A stretch of DNA of 34,403 bases, taken from assembly GCA_023515725.1 (NCBI GenBank), contig JALDTO010000224.1, forward strand, positions 1 through 34,403, written 5' to 3'. Each line of letters opens with the position of its first letter. Positions within the stretch are counted from its first letter, which is position 1. A program made the position numbers and the translations under genes. The notes under the pieces were generated by a model. It had not been told where the DNA came from. It searched no databases and saw nothing but the letters and a program-made list of their open reading frames with translations. This document shows positions 12,852 to 27,561 of the stretch, one piece after another. Source of the DNA: Amoeboaphelidium protococcarum X5 (lineage: Eukaryota; Fungi; Aphelidiomycota).

Positions 12852-13805
12852 ATGATTACTGCGAACAAAACTGTAGAGGAAGTGTTTGGCACTATTTCTC
12901 TTATTGTGTTTACTGTTTAGCTGGTACCTTAGCTAGTTCATACTCATAGAATACACCGCTAAAACTAGCGGAACTTGCTGAGAGTGTAATCTTTGGATGC
13001 GGAAGATGTTGAAGACGATAATAATGGGCAGTTGAGTGTAAAGTTTCAAGATCCACTCAAAGGACTCTCTCTGATGATGCCCGTGCTCTGGTTTATTGGA
13101 GTTATATTCTAATGCGCTTATTTCATTCACGTCAATGTTAGCTATGGGCTGATTATATAGCCGCATGGGTTTGCTTTCTTCTCCTTTCTGATGATATTGT
13201 AATGGGGATACGTTAGCGGTGGGTACCAAGTACAAGATTTTACATCAGTGCTTAGTCCTTTTTGGCGTCTGCTTGGTATAAAATCATCAAAGACTGTTTC
13301 AGCGGAAAAATCGTCGGAATTGGAACTGACTGAAGATCTCACAGCTATTCGCGATGATGATCGGCCCACTGAAGGTTAGTAGTTTCCAATAAGGGATAAA
13401 CGCCGCATGTTGAAGCATGTTCTATATGCGTTTATTATCGGCTCTGTATATTGGATTTTGATAGAAGTTGGTATACTTTACGCGTTACGTAGCGATTCTG
13501 GATAGCCTTAACCGTCTTCGCTTGTCTTATTTGTGACCATATTCCCATCAGTTTTGTGTTGCATTGGATTCCTGCCTGCCATTTTTGAACTTTTCATATT
13601 CAAATCCTCGGCCGGATTAAGTTTGACTTTTATCCTCATGGATTTGTCTGGATCTATCTTGGGAGTCATATCGCTCATTTTCAAACATTATCCAGAAGGA
13701 GAGTATACTACATAATTTCTATTGGCTAGCTTGGTGTTTATCATGGTTGCTGTTGGAGACTCTATATTGTTGATACTATGGATAATTTATCGTAATAAGA
13801 AATGA
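12852..13805 (+). CDS. PQ-loop membrane transporter, fungal Ilt1/YDR090C-like, 317 aa
   Basis: FGTISLIVFTVQLVPQL (the PQ Gln is TAG 12930-12932), KGLSLMMPVLW, IIQPHGF, and second repeat IGFLPAIFELF...GLSLTFILMDLSGS. About 7 hydrophobic segments. TGA stop. Confidence 0.82.
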
Positions 13806-13986
13806 ACCCATTTTATTGGTAATAAATAGGTGGATTTTATGATGAAGAAGTTCTCACGCCTCGTCGCCTCTGCTTAAAAATTTTTGACCAATCAGTCCCT
13901 GAAAGACGTTCTCCTCGGCAACAGCTCTCTTTATCAGTAAACAACTAAATCAACAATAATTCATAAGATTTCATTCTTATCATATA

Positions 13987-14952
13987 ATGTCCAAGTTTTC
14001 GCCTAAATAGCAGATTGAAATTATCGCTGCGCCATTCAATGGTGGTCAGCCCAAGAGTGGAGTAGAACTGGGTCCGTAGCAGATGCTCGATGCTGGTCTT
14101 GTGAAGCAGTTGGCTGATCTCGGTTGGACGGCTGGTTTAAATTCGCTGTCCACACCGACTCCACCATCGCCCACTAAGACTTCAGCTGATCCTCCATTTC
14201 AACTCCCCAATGCGCCTGCAAGCATTAAGTTTCCAAGAACGGTTGGCAATGTCTGTCTGGAATTGAAGAATCTGGTCGCTGAGGCTCAACGTTCTGGTAA
14301 GATTGCTCTGACGTTGGGCGGCGATCACTCGCTCGGTCTTGGAACTGTGGCTGGAACCTCAGCAGTTCATGATGATTTCGCTTTAATCTGGGTCGATGCT
14401 CATGGTGATATCAACTCTCCTTATATGTCTCAGTCTGGCAATCTGCACGGGATGCCTGTTGCATTTCTGATGAAGTTGAAGGGATGTGCGGACGTTCCAG
14501 GCTTTGAATGGACTGCAGATATTCGCTCTCTACCACCAAATAGAATTGCTTATATTGGCCTTCGTGATGTGGACGCGGCTGAGAAGAAATTGATTAAAGA
14601 GCTTGGTATTAAAGCATACTCTATGCATGAGGTGGACAAGTACGGTATCAGTGGAGTGGTGTAACGCGCTCTTCAAGACATTAATCCTAACATGAATTTA
14701 CCTGTACATCTGTCTTTCGATGTTGATGCTCTAGATCCTTCAGTGGCACCATCAACTGGTACTCCTGTCCGCGGAGGCTTAACTTTTAGAGAGGGTCATT
14801 ATATCTGTGAAGCTATATGGGAGACTGGTCTTCTATGTGCACTTGATATCATGGAGGTGAACCCGGTTTTGGGTGATGATACTTAACGTTAATAGACTAT
14901 TCAAATTGGCTGCTCTTTGACTCGCGCAGCTCTTGGAGAAACTCTTTTATGA
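13987..14952 (+). CDS. CAR1: Arginase, 321 aa
   Basis: [67 protein letters not shown]. Ends GETLL-TGA. Confidence 0.96.
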
Positions 14953-15031
14953 TTATAAAGATTTTGAATGAAGATAATAATTAATTTTTACAACGCGCCA
15001 TTTATTTATCTTTGTTTAGATAATATAAGTC

Positions 15032-16363
15032 TCAGAATTTAGCAAATTGCAGCAGTTGTTTGGCACTATTATTACCACTCTCAGATTTTAACACTTTACT
15101 TAAGACCAATTCATTCAATTGTTAAACTTGATCATATGTAACTGAATTCAGTTAGAAATCATCTGAAACTTTAGAAAAGATGCTACAACTTTCGTTAGAG
15201 CGGTCTTGTGGAATCATGTCTAGAAGGTCCACTGGCGGTACTTTCAATTTCCCACTCTGGAGATAATCAACCAAGTTATCAATCATAGTCTAATACTCTT
15301 GAGTACCAGCGTTATCCTTCTTCCATTGACTAACCCAGAATCCAACAAACTTAATATCCTTGAATATCAGAGGTCCCGCGCCGACACTAATCGGCTGCTT
15401 AGACATGGCGCCATAAGTAACATGATGGGCACCGTGCTTTAGAGCTCTAATTAAAAATGACGCGCTCTCTCCACCAACACAGTTCAAGGCAAGCGTAGCA
15501 GTGTTGTTAATATCACGCGAAGATTGAGACAATTCCGTTTCAGTCACAACTTGTCCAGCACCGAGCTCAATCAACTCTTGTTTCAACTGATCCGTCTCAG
15601 ATTGATTTTGACGCGCGCGAATTACATTGACCGACTGGAGGCCCCAAAGTTTACACAGTTGAATGACCGCACGCCCCACTCCACTATTGGCACCATTCTA
15701 TATAACCACGTCCCCTTGCTTTAGCGCCGTGAAGTCTTTCAACATTCTGTATGCAGTGCAAAGATTAACACTCAGTGTGCTGAGGCCGATAATCATCTCA
15801 CGCTCCGTAATCATGTTGACACGGTCCTATGAGAGCTGAATCTTGTTCAAGAACTGTTTCTATGCAGGTACAATGGCATACGGTCTCCAACTACCAAATA
15901 CTTGACCTGTAGGCAATACCAAGTCACCAACTTAAAAATCTGACAATTGTGGATCTTCAACTTTCACAACTTACGCCAGAGCTTCATTACCTGCAATGAA
16001 CGGAAGGCCTTCAGCTTTCTCAGGTCGCAGCGGATAAACTCCTTGTATCTAATTCACATCAGACGGATTCACAGGCGCGGCAATCATTCTCAACAGTACT
16101 TTGGGTGTATTCGAACTAGACTGGAAAGACTGAGGATGCAGCAGAGGCACGGATCTGACTTGCAAAACCTTGGATAATGCACCATAATCTTCATAACAGA
16201 CAGCAGGAATACTTGTATTTTCAAACTGGGAAAGCCACTTGGTCATATTGATGTTATTCTTATTTAAGCTTGAGTTCTGCCGAACAGAATGTTATAATTG
16301 GCGTTAAATAGAGCACGTCGATACGCGATTACCCAATTGATTACAAATCAAGGTCAATATCAT
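15032..16363 (-). CDS. MECR: Mitochondrial trans-2-enoyl-ACP/CoA reductase (MECR/Etr1), 443 aa
   Basis: AAPVNPSDVNQIQGVYP, GNE, FGSWR, LSVNLCTAYRML, QNGANSGVGRAVIQL, LALNCVGG, VTYGAMSKQP, IFKDIKFVGFW. Upstream in-frame ATG 16363 adds an R/S-rich presequence-like extension. Confidence 0.92.
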
Positions 16364-16531
16364 TATTACAATCCGTACGAATCACTCAAAGTTGATTTAA
16401 TGTGGACAAAGTGACACCGAGCAAATATTAAAAGAATATTGCTGAATATATTGCTACTGGTATAATAAGCAGGAAATAATAATAATTAAATTCAAAGAAT
16501 CACTTCTAAAAATAATTTCCTATTAAAATTT

Positions 16532-18085
16532 TCATGAGGTAAATGGCTCAATCACATCAACTTCAGGATCCGCATAATCTGGTTCATCGTCGTCAGTAAT
16601 TGTATCACCAGCTGTTATTAAGCGTTACGCATAAGGATTCATTAGCAGCTGAGGAAAGGCGAACTAACCAACGGCGACACTAAATGTTTCACCAGTTGGT
16701 CTGGTTATAGTTCCAGGTTAAAATATGAACTCCCCTTCCATACTTACGGGAATGTCGTATCCATGTCGCGGCTAGCATATACTACAATAACTAAAATCCT
16801 TGACCACCAGTCCATTCATAGCCTGAGCTGCATTCGAGAAATCCAACACACTTTCAGAAGGTCCAATTATTGGATTAAGTCCAATCACAGCATCGCCTTG
16901 TACCATTTCCGTAGCTCCACTCTGATAAGTGACGATCCATTTACGCGACAGCAGTTAAGACACTGGATGACTATGATTGTTGCCACCACCGTTACCTTCG
17001 CCTGGTTGTTCAATGTTCCGTAATCTAATCCTGTAAATTGACACGCCTCTACCAGCTTCGAGAGAACCCACAGCTGATGCATTAACTTCAATGTGTCTAG
17101 TAACGCGAGTAGAAGCGAAAGGACCAACTTGCGGGAATAGTGACAATGACTTATCCGGACCAACCAAAGCATAGTTTCCGCTCACTAGACCTTTGACATA
17201 AGACAGGAACCATTGCTAAAAGTATCCATGCATGATGTAACTTCCATCATGGTCTGAGACCTGTACTACGGCTCCAAACGTCTCTTGGTTCAACGACATG
17301 GCCAGATAGCGTCCAGAGCGAGGACACACTGCGAATATCAACAATCTGAATCCAAATACGACGCGATAACTCAAATGTTTAGATGGAAGCATAAATAATG
17401 ATGTGAATTAGCCATAACACGTAAATGTTCCAAACAGACCATTATCCACATGGGGCATCCGTGCCTTCTATCCATCAATAAAGTGGTAGAGCAAAGCCAA
17501 ACAGTACAAGTTTTCAACACCTGCAACACCGCTTTAATCGCCAAAGTCTTTCAAATCTATTTGTCGCTATTATTACTATTACCCTGTCAGCTAGAGACGT
17601 TACTGTGAATGATATTGCTAAACGTCAGATAAACTATCCAGCGATAAATCTACAGTGTACAAAATATCATCCAGCAGATGTTCGAAATCGTATCTACCAG
17701 AATTCAAGCTGATCGTGGTGCTCTATGAATTCAGTCTGAGCCAGTTGACAAGATCACTCACAGCCTGCTTTATGACCGGATACTGAGGCGCCACAAGGGA
17801 AAACTCTCTCCACCATTGCAGATAAATCTACTTGTAGTTAACGTCAGGCAGCAGTTGGTATCTTGAGAAGCGCTCCCTCTCCTTATCTTTCAGATTCTCC
17901 CTGCCATTCAGAGTGTTGATAGGCGTAATGGGACTGATATAGCTCTCAGACACAAACTTGTACCACAGCGAACTATCGTTGGCCACTTGTCTCCACACTC
18001 TGCACACCTTGTTACACTCATTCAACTACCGCGGACTATTAAGTCTATCAAAGATTTACAATAAAAGCTCCGTAGGAATCAACAT
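16532..18085 (-). CDS. F-box protein with C-terminal ApaG domain (FBXO3/SKIP16-like), 517 aa
   Basis: F-box IPTELLLQIFDRL...CNKVCRVWRQVANDSSLW. ApaG-like YRIRLRN...QLLSRKWIVT...VQGDAVIGLNPII...MEGEFIFQPG. The middle region probably corresponds to the SMI1/KNR4 domain of this family (inferred). Acidic tail and TGA stop. Confidence 0.85.
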
Positions 18086-18179
18086 CCAGAATCGTATTAA
18101 ATTATGTATTAAGTCCGATGATAAAGAGTAAGTAAATGAGATAACAATGACCGATATTTTGCAAATAATAAGTAGTCAC

Positions 18180-21100
18180 TCACTAATCTTGAACCTATTC
18201 TAACTAAGAGTCACTACCGGGAACGCTGTTCGTTCGCTGAGCTGAAGAAGAATTTCGACGCGCCGCCGCAGCCGCTGTGACATTCGTCGAGGAATAAACA
18301 ATCTCTGGCGACAAAACTGGCTCAGTCACGCTTGAAGTGATCGACAGAGCGCGCATTCTCGTCGTTGGATACAGACTGGACTATTGTTATTATTACTGCT
18401 GCTGCTGTTATTGTTCCTTCTATAACTGTTGTTTATTTTCTTCTTATAATGGATCTTGTAGAGGAGATTCTTTGGATTCTGTCAGCGTAGTATATTATCT
18501 AGCGGTAGCATCGAGACAAGTGGAGGTTCCAGGAGTAGTGGCAGGATTGATCACTAAAGACGCGTCATGAATAGCAGTGATATCAGTCAAGTCCTCCAAT
18601 AACACATTTACACCACTATCGGATAACAGCTTATTAGTCGCGTCAACCCAGAAGCGAGTAAGTTCCGTACCATTATCACAAAACTATATAAACTGACGAC
18701 GCAATTGATCTGCAAACTCTTACTGCGCAGACTGGGACTTCTGTTGAAACAGAGGTGAAGTGTTCACGTTCCGGTTCAAATGTTACCTATTTTGCACCCA
18801 CAAGAACCCACTATTAGCACCAAGGACTTGAACTATTGCGACACCACTTTTATGAATGAATTGCACATTCTTATACAGGGGTTTAGAGTATGAAAATTGT
18901 ACCAAGCGTTAGTCTATTTCATCGTCAGATTCCACATCAAGAATGAATCCGAAATGGGATAGCAGTTCAATCTCAAAATAGTTCTTGGGTATCTTGACAG
19001 ATTTGTACTTGAGTTTACTCGTATCAATAGATGGTGGCGGAGTTTTCAGTCCAATAATCTGAGGACAGTGGAATGGAGCGTCATTAGCATTAGCAAAGTT
19101 GGTAGCCTATTACGTAGGAGCCTCCACCAGATTGAATCCACACTTATCTGCCGCTCTCTGCCAGGATTGGAATGTCTCCTCCACCATTCTGGATGAGCAA
19201 CTGATCCAGTGAATCTAGAAATGATAAGAATTGCGAGGATTGTGCACAGCATCGTAATGCAGAAATGCCCATTCTTTTCTATTGCTCTTTCGCTATAGAT
19301 CCATATCAATCACAAGCTTCTTACTTAGTTGGATACGCTGAAAAGGAACGACTTGTCTACTTGTCTACTCATTAGATGATTGAATCAGAGGGAGCCTAAA
19401 CCATCTCAATGGATTTCTCGAGTCTTGCTGCTATCTGACATCACTTGACAAATATTCACTGGTCAGCCGGTAAAAATAATGGCCATCAAGGAAGCGATGG
19501 CGCTAATTAACATGCTCAATGACTTTCTTCTACAGCATAAGCTCTCCATAGTTCTCCGCATCCAGTCTGTTGTTTATGTCAGAGAAACTCTTAATCATCC
19601 AGTCCACAGCCTCACTACCAATGAACGCCTTCTCATAAAATCGCAAATGCCATCTACGGTCTTTCAATGGCAGACCATACGTGGGATTCTGCATTGCAGC
19701 AGCCACAAGTTAGAAAGGCATCTGCATATTCAATTGCTCATTACTCGAAAACTTCCGGTCAACATTCTCAGAGATCCACGACTCGGAATCCTAAGTCTTG
19801 TACTTTTCATACTCATTCTGAACATACACAGAATTTACGAAAGTGGTGTAAGTAATATGAACACTGGATCCAGTCATTGCATCTCTTTTTGATGACTAGG
19901 CAGTCTGTCTGCTATTACTGCCATTGTTAGGCAGACTGGAATTAGAATCTGCAGCGGAAAGGCCGCCAGTCCACCTGGCTTTATGAAAGACTTCAATAAA
20001 CTTCATGAATCCTGCCAACCTGAGCTCTTCATCAGTCAATACTTCATTCTTTGGGTTCAATTACGATTTGGCTGTATCCGAAATAGTGTCCAGAGGTATG
20101 AGAACAAATCGCGACCGCCAATGACGCAGAGAATCTGTAAACTCCTCTTGATAACCACTGACAACATTATCTAGGTAATTCCAGTTATAATTGAAACTTT
20201 TCGGAAACTCAAATACAACATTGCGCTATAAGAATCCATCAAAGAACTTTGGCCATATTCGGCAGCTGTACTACAACGGATCATCCTTATATGTGACCTT
20301 TTTAACGTAACGGGTGACTTCCACACTTTAGCTGTTTACATCAAATCTAAGACGATGTATCTGAGTGCCCATACTTAGGTAGTACATTTTACGGTCATCC
20401 ACACTTAGATTCAACGATTCGGTGGACGGCAACTTTGAATCAATGACGATATTGCCAACTACCAGCTAGAATCCTTGCATCAATCTCTAGGCAATCAACT
20501 CAATTAATAGTGTATCAGAAATCTCCAAATTCAGCTCAGCCTTCCTTCGCGTGGGTGTCAACTCATTACCAAAACCAGACTCATCATTCAGGGAGACAGT
20601 GTAATTGTACTCGGCATACTGCTCCTTCAGCTCTTTCAGAGTGGGGAAATAGTCAGTTGTGAGCGGTAGACAAGCGGGCGAACACAATGAAGTCCATCTG
20701 ATCAAAGACTCCGCTGGATCATCACTCTGCTGTGGAAATACGTGATGCCATCGCCTGATATGGTTAGACATCTTCCAGAAACTATTCTCCGGGCAGCACG
20801 GGTCAAAGGAGCAAGACAGAGCAAGTTCATCTGCTCTTCTGACTGCCACCTTATCCACAGTCTATATCTGACTATTAATCAGCAAGTTGGACGGAGACGA
20901 TGGATTGTTATGATCGTGATTACTGAATGGTGCCATCTAGAAAGATCTACTCATTCCATACCTTCCTGGACTTACATTCAGTCCCGCATTCAGCGCACTA
21001 ACAGTGGTATTTCCAACAGTGGCAGAAGTATTGTGCTAAGGAGATATTGACTATCCAACCACTTGACGATTTTCAGCCCGGAATATCTAAATCGGGAGAG

Positions 21101-22937
21101 ATTTCTGATTATGCGCAGATCTTTATATTCCCACCTCTTTACCACTGCCCGCCATAGCAGAACTAGAGTTGGACGAGGAATGGGAAGCTCCATTAGATGA
21201 AGGAGATAGAACGTGCTATTATGATGACTGCGGAGAGTTATCAATGGGCATCATTCGGGACGTCTTTTCAGCGTTCACTTGTCGAGATAGCAGACTTTCT
21301 CTGGCACTAGATCTCTAGTCACTTTATACAGCTTTCAATGCCTACTACTGCTACTATTAACGCAATCTCTAAGATGCTTCATCATCATCTTAAACCGAAT
21401 ATGGAATCTAACCACAGAGAGGCCTAGTCTAGCTAAACTTTAAAGACTGCCATCTCTGTGGCACCCTTACTCTCCACTCAAAATCGCATAGACTATTAGG
21501 ATCTTTGCAATATTCTGGAATAACCACCGACAAGTCAATCCAGTACGGCATCATATAGAAACTCTCCGGCAAATCGTCTTGGTACAGTTTATCACCAGCG
21601 GTATAAGAATCCCCCTTTGAGCTGATCTTGATCGCACTAGACTAAGCAACACTCGTCATACCATCAGGCACAACGTCAAATACTGAAATAGTATGCAACG
21701 GCAGTCCAACGCCACGCCTTAGACAGCAGATAAGATCAACGCAGATACCATCCTCAATCATTCGCTCATTCGTAGCCCGCAGAAGATACTAAGGAACTCT
21801 GAAATACCCATGACTTTAGCTGATAATAGCAATAGACAGCCCAGTTCGAGATAGATCACGATCAATATAATGGCGACTAAACATATTCAGGGCAAGATTA
21901 GCAGATTCTAATACAGGAGAAAGAAATGGTGGTGATATCATACCAAGGCGCATCTTTCGACAAGTACCATTATCGACTGGCACTTGTTGGATGAGCATAT
22001 CTCTAGAAAATCGCCTCATCTCAGCATAGATGGATTTCATCATGGGGAGCCAGTTCTATTTAGTCTCCCAATCTACAATAACTTTATAGTGGTCAGTGTA
22101 CCAGTAATATTCCAACTGCTTTTGAGATTTAATATTTTACAGAAACTTGGACTATTTCATTCCATGGGAAAATTCTTACAGGACCACATCTGGGCATTTC
22201 TAAAGCTACTACCGATCATGCTAGTTATACAGGATACGGCCACAGAGCACTATGCTGACAACATGATTAACCTGTGCCGCTTTCCACTTGCCAAAAAGTG
22301 CTATCAAATGCTGACAGACAGTCTCAGCATCGAAATCGCTGCACACCTAAATGAATATGAAGAACTTTGCACTCTCACTACGGAATATAAACTTTGTACC
22401 TGCGCATACGATTCCAGTCAGCTCATCATCGCGCTGAGAGTACAGACGCCTTACTGAGGCTCTAACACCAGCGGCAAAGTTGACACGCTGCCCCACATAA
22501 AGCATATCTCCTATGAGAGCTTACTTCAACCGGAACATATCTCCACGCCCAATGTACTGATCGCGTATAACCAACTGCACGTACTCCAGATAGACACAAT
22601 TGTCGGCATCTTCATCGGATACTCTTTAGACCGTGGCATCAGTCCTCGACTAGACGCCCAACAACTGAGCAACTTGATAACAGACAGAGACCTGTAAGAC
22701 GGGCTACTTTGAAAGCAAAGCCATATCATACTCGCGCACAAGCAGATTTATACTCTTCTACCCGACACTTAGACGCACCACGTCTCCCACAGCGAACGGC
22801 AAAGAATTACTAATCACCCAGTCGTGCCGGCTGAAACTTTGATCATGCGTCCATAAAGTCACCTTCATCGCACCTTACTACTATTACTACTATTGTTCTT
22901 GATATCTATAACTTTAAATATTGCTCGGTTATGGCAT
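18180..22937 (-). CDS. DEPDC5: GATOR1/SEACIT subunit DEPDC5/Iml1, ~1585 aa, apparently intronless
   Basis: LWTHDQSFS start, FRSESAKFFIFIQVCSDFD, LESANLALNMFSRHYIDRDLSRTGLSIAIIS, RRWHHVFP, WTSLCSPACLPLTTDYFP, and a DEP-domain region. Provided ORF fragments at 20858 and 22043 are in frame with ATG 22937 and TGA 18182-18180. Confidence 0.93.
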
Positions 22938-23065
22938 TTGTTATTATCGTTTAAATCAACTATCTAAATGTAAACACAATTAATGATTATAAGTTTGGTG
23001 GAATTAAGTAGTGGAATCGTTACTGACTTTAGAGCGAGAGACTGAAGGGAGAAAGCCTGTCTTTA

Positions 23066-23893
23066 ATGTAATTTCTCTCAAAGCATTTGATCCAAATATA
23101 AAATACATTTAAGATCTCCGTGGAAGATATGTTGAGATATTAAATTCCTATAGCATTAGGAACTTCGCTATTGATTAATTCAAAATTTAAGATCAAGGAT
23201 TAGAATATTTACTGCTTGAGCGAGACTTAGTCATACCAGAGAGATGATGATCTTGTGACTGAAAAGGTGACTGGTGTTCGACTTCCTGGCTCACTGCTAT
23301 GTCATGGATCTACTACGCGTCAAAGTAATCATAGTATGTTTAAGATTAAATTAGCTTTAAAGGCTTTGGGTGTTCGTTAGCTGACTATTTTTAAATTTAA
23401 CACGTATGTTATGGGCTTGTATATGCCAGATAGCAATAAGGGTGGCGCTGTAAGAGAATATGCTTTGAGATTAATTCCGTCTCGTGCCACCAACGGTAGC
23501 CATTTGCGTAATGCATTTGTGAAGATGCTTAATTAGAGATTACAAGATGATATAAAGTCTGGTGATATTGACGAAGATCTCGCTGGCGATTGTAAGTAAG
23601 CTATTGATTAGTTGTGTCAAGGGGCATTCCCAGCGTCCAAGTAGATACCAACCAATTCTCATATCACTATCCACGCGTCCAATATTAATAGTGAGAAGTA
23701 GTGCAACGTCAAAGTGTACTTTGGCCTTAATGCTGATCAGAATCTCAATGAGCAGCTATTGACATTCGAACTCCACTCATCTCCATCTGCGCAATGGCTC
23801 ACTAACACTTTGCTGAAGGCTTACATTGGTGATAATCCCTTAATACCATCTCTAGCTGAGTAATACAAGTTTAACAGTACTGATAATAAATGA
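23066..23893 (+). CDS. Chalcone-isomerase-fold protein, mitochondrial Aim18/Aim46-like, 275 aa
   Basis: LGVRQLTIFKFNTYVMGLY and ALRLIPSRATNGSHLRNAF match the fungal CHI-like family. Ends ...WLTNTLLKAYIGDNP...TGA. Missed by the ORF track because of TAR codons. Confidence 0.8.
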
Positions 23894-23978
23894 TACCTTT
23901 TATATGAATACAAATAAAGAAGAATCAAAGTATTTTATAACTATATGGTCTAAGCAACTTTCGTCTAATAACACACAT

Positions 23979-26380
23979 TCATTTCATGTTCATCATTGGC
24001 CATTGCGCTCTGAATTTGTGGGCGAAATCCTGGAATGTACTCAGCGCACCTTGCTACTAGGTGAATATGATTTCTATAATTTCAGCTGACGTTCCATCAG
24101 GTTTTCTAAAACTTTCACTGACAGTGGGCGACATCACCAACTTGAATTTCACTGCAGACATTGTCTTATTGGCATCATATTTACATTTCAGAGCGACACC
24201 ACTTGAGGAGGCCTGAAATTGAGCTCCCACTTAGCCAAGACACTACTCTATAATCTGCCGCGTCTACTCTATTGATTCAAAAGACTGAACACTAAACTAC
24301 TCTGGTTTGAAAGCAAATATACCAGAGAACCAGCTCTTTTTAGGAGTGTTCGATATCACAGACGCCACGGAGGCACGACCAGATTCAAGAGGTAACTCTC
24401 CCATAGTGGACGCATTAGGAGATGGTGCCTCTGATCTACCCTCTTGTACTGGGTTAATCTGCAAGTCTAAACGCTTTCTATGAAATTTTGGTGTTCCAAG
24501 CTGAAGCGTATCGTAAACTACATCTTCATGAGATACCCTGGAGTTCTGGTGATTAGGCAATGCATTGGTAGATTTTCTGGACGTGGATTAAACGTTAGGT
24601 AATGTGGGCATACTCTAATTGACTATGGAACCATCCGGGTGTCCTTGAATTACACTATGAGGTGGATTAATAATGGACATCTTCTTCCTGAACTGCTCAA
24701 CTACAGAGCTACGATGAGATAGAGGAGACGTTAATGAGACGTTTGGAGAGGAGAACATTGTCGATTCAGCGTTTACCTGAGGGTTGCTACGCTGTCCCTC
24801 TAGTGCCTTCAGTGCTGCCTCTTTAGCTTTGGCTGCCTGCTCAGGTGTATAATTCTAGTCCGTATCCATCGAGGCTGATATTCCCAGCGGAGATGGATTG
24901 TAGGACTTGTGCTTGACTGACTCGCTGGTGGTACGCTTTCTACTGGACTCATCGGATTTTACATTCTGCACTGCAGCTATGGTTCTCCTAACACCAGTAT
25001 CACCTCCGCTCAAGCTTTCACCGCTACCCTGTGGACTGATGAGATCTCCACTCTAGTTCATTGATCCATTGATCGATGATCCTCTCTCAATAAACAAACT
25101 AGCTCTACTTGCCTGGCTAGTCACACGCCGACGTGGACTTTGCACCTTGGAGTCTATGCTATTATTCGCATACCACCACTCTTTCTCCGGTTCATAAGAC
25201 TCCAGGTACTCATTTCTACGCTGCATCAGTAGCCAGTAAAATACCTTCTCGTAGCATGGCTCATTACTTCTCAATGCCCTCACAATATCCTAATCCGAGC
25301 CATAGCCAAGTACACTCAAACTACCCAAAATATCAAAATCTAAATCCCTTATCTACTCATCACTAAACGGCTTCAGAGAATCTTCATTTGGCGGATTGCG
25401 AAGTGGGCCTTCAAAGTTGGGCTAATATCGCAGCTTATTAAACCACGGATGACGAATGACTTCTGGCATAGATATACGCTTCTCCGGATTGACAACCAAC
25501 ATTCTTCGCACCAAGTCTGCTGCATCTTGGGGAACATAATCAGGTATTACATAGACACCAGTTTTCACCTTTTACAACAGTCGCCGGATGTTCTCATCAT
25601 CAAACGGCAAATTACCCGTCAGCAGAGCATACAAAATTATACCAGTAGACCATATATCCGCTTTAGCTCCATCATACTTGACGCCTCTAATGATCTCGGG
25701 TGAAGCGTAATGGGGCGATCCACACGATGTCTCCAACATCTTCCCGGTCACCTGAAGCGATGCCATTCCGAAATCTGCAATCTTTATGGTCTTGTTCGAG
25801 TCCAGTAATAGATTTTCTGGCTTTAAATCGCGATGGCATATCAAATGTTTGTGACAATAATCCAAGCCTGCTATAATCTATTGAAAGAATTTTAGAGCTT
25901 CCATCTCCTTGAGTCTGCCCTGCTTCACCAAATAATCAAACAACTCTCCGCCGTCAACCAGTTCGAGCACAAGATAAAGCTCATCCTGGGATTCAAAGAC
26001 ATCAAACAGGCTCATAACATTCGGATGCTGAACCAACTTCATAATGGCAATCTCTCTATCCAACTTTTTGTTCAGCACAGAGCCATCAGGGTCCTTCTCC
26101 TTCTTCATAGATGATTTACTGATAATCTTTATCGCCACCCTCTGACCGGTTTCAACATGGACACCCAGCTTAACTTTGCCTACAGATTAAGTACATAAAC
26201 AGTTTAATTAGTCATGTCATCAATCATTTTTAAATAAATATTAACAAAAGTCTTACCGGTAGATCCAATACCGAGAGTTTTGCCCAGACTGTATGGACCG
26301 ATTCTTGACTGTTTGGCGGTGGATGAAGTTTTCGCAATTTGCTACAGATCTGCTGCGCTTGTGCCAGTGGATTTTGACAT
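23979..26380 (-). CDS. CAMKL Ser/Thr kinase of BRSK/Hsl1/Gin4/Cdr2 type with C-terminal KA1-like domain, ~774 aa; intron 26256-26180
   Basis: [81 protein letters not shown] and C-terminal FTQQQGALSTF. Confidence 0.93.
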
Positions 26381-26682
26381 GTTCGTTATCAAGGAATGAA
26401 CCGCAATGATTAATAATATAAACACTTTTGCAACAGTAGCACTAGTAGTGTTATTGGGGGTGGACAGAAGTTTATAGAAATTTGTAATAAGTTTGTGGTG
26501 GACAATAACAGCCAGTAGTCAAGGTGCCATAGCCAGAATCAAAGTGTGGCAAGATCAAACAATCGCAGTGCTCGATCTAACACCATCTTTGATGATGAAG
26601 CAACCGCGATCGATCAAAGCTTAGGGAGAAACATCAAAGAAATATAAAGATACGTTTATTAGGCTACTAGAATCAAGGCCCC

Positions 26683-27561
26683 TCAGTTGCTGGATCTAAC
26701 AATGGCAGGATCTTTGAAATCAGAGTCATCCACTTCTTCAAGATAAGTGCTGGTGGTGAAGTTTAATTTTCCAAAAGCGCGTCCGCTTATTCCGCTGACT
26801 GGACGAGTTTGTTGCTGAGCAGAAACGTGTGGAGGCGAATTCGACACCGGATCAGTCGGGAATTTCTCAACATCTGCCATTTCCTGGACAATCTGGAACA
26901 AAGCATTCAGTTACGACTGTACCAGAGGATCGCCGAAGACATTACTGATCAGATTGACTTTTCCATCGATCAATTGTTACAAGAGCTGTGGATCCACACT
27001 ATTCACTTGAGGATCCAGACCACGGAACAGCTCATGGTACAAATCAATGAGAAGCTACTTGTTAACTTTCGACACCACAGTGATAGGAATACGCGGTAGC
27101 ACACTACCAACAGCCAAAATCAGACGACACAGAGTCTGAATCTTTTCATTTTCCAAACTAACAGCCTATTGGACAGACTCTTAGATCAATTTATTCTGAG
27201 CGATATTGTCTGCTTTCAGTTTCTTTTTAGCTGCGCGCTTATCCTCAGTCTCCTTGTCTGCTATCAGAGCGGCCATGTCTTCAAGCTCTTTAATCAGCGC
27301 CAACACTTCTCCCTTCTTAGAGACTGCGGCTAATTGATCATCGTTCAATTTATTATCAACTCCAGCTTGCAACTACTCCTCATACTTTTCAATTTTAGCA
27401 AGCCTCTTCTTAAGAGTGCGTAGTCGCTTCTGCACAATTTCAGAATACTGACCTTGGCTATCGCTAGCTTTAATGCTCGCTTAAGACGCTTTGGTGCTGA
27501 GGCTTTATATGTCGCTCTCAGGCGAGTGCTTTTTAGTTTCAACTTGATTTTATTAAAGCAT
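26683..27561 (-). CDS. Caprin-like coiled-coil protein (LNxDQ motif), 292 aa
   Basis: IVQKRLRTLKKRLAKIEKYEE...KLNDDQLAAVSKKGEV resembles the Caprin-1 HR1 N-terminus. GKLNFTTS near the C-terminus. Single frame to TGA. Confidence 0.68.
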
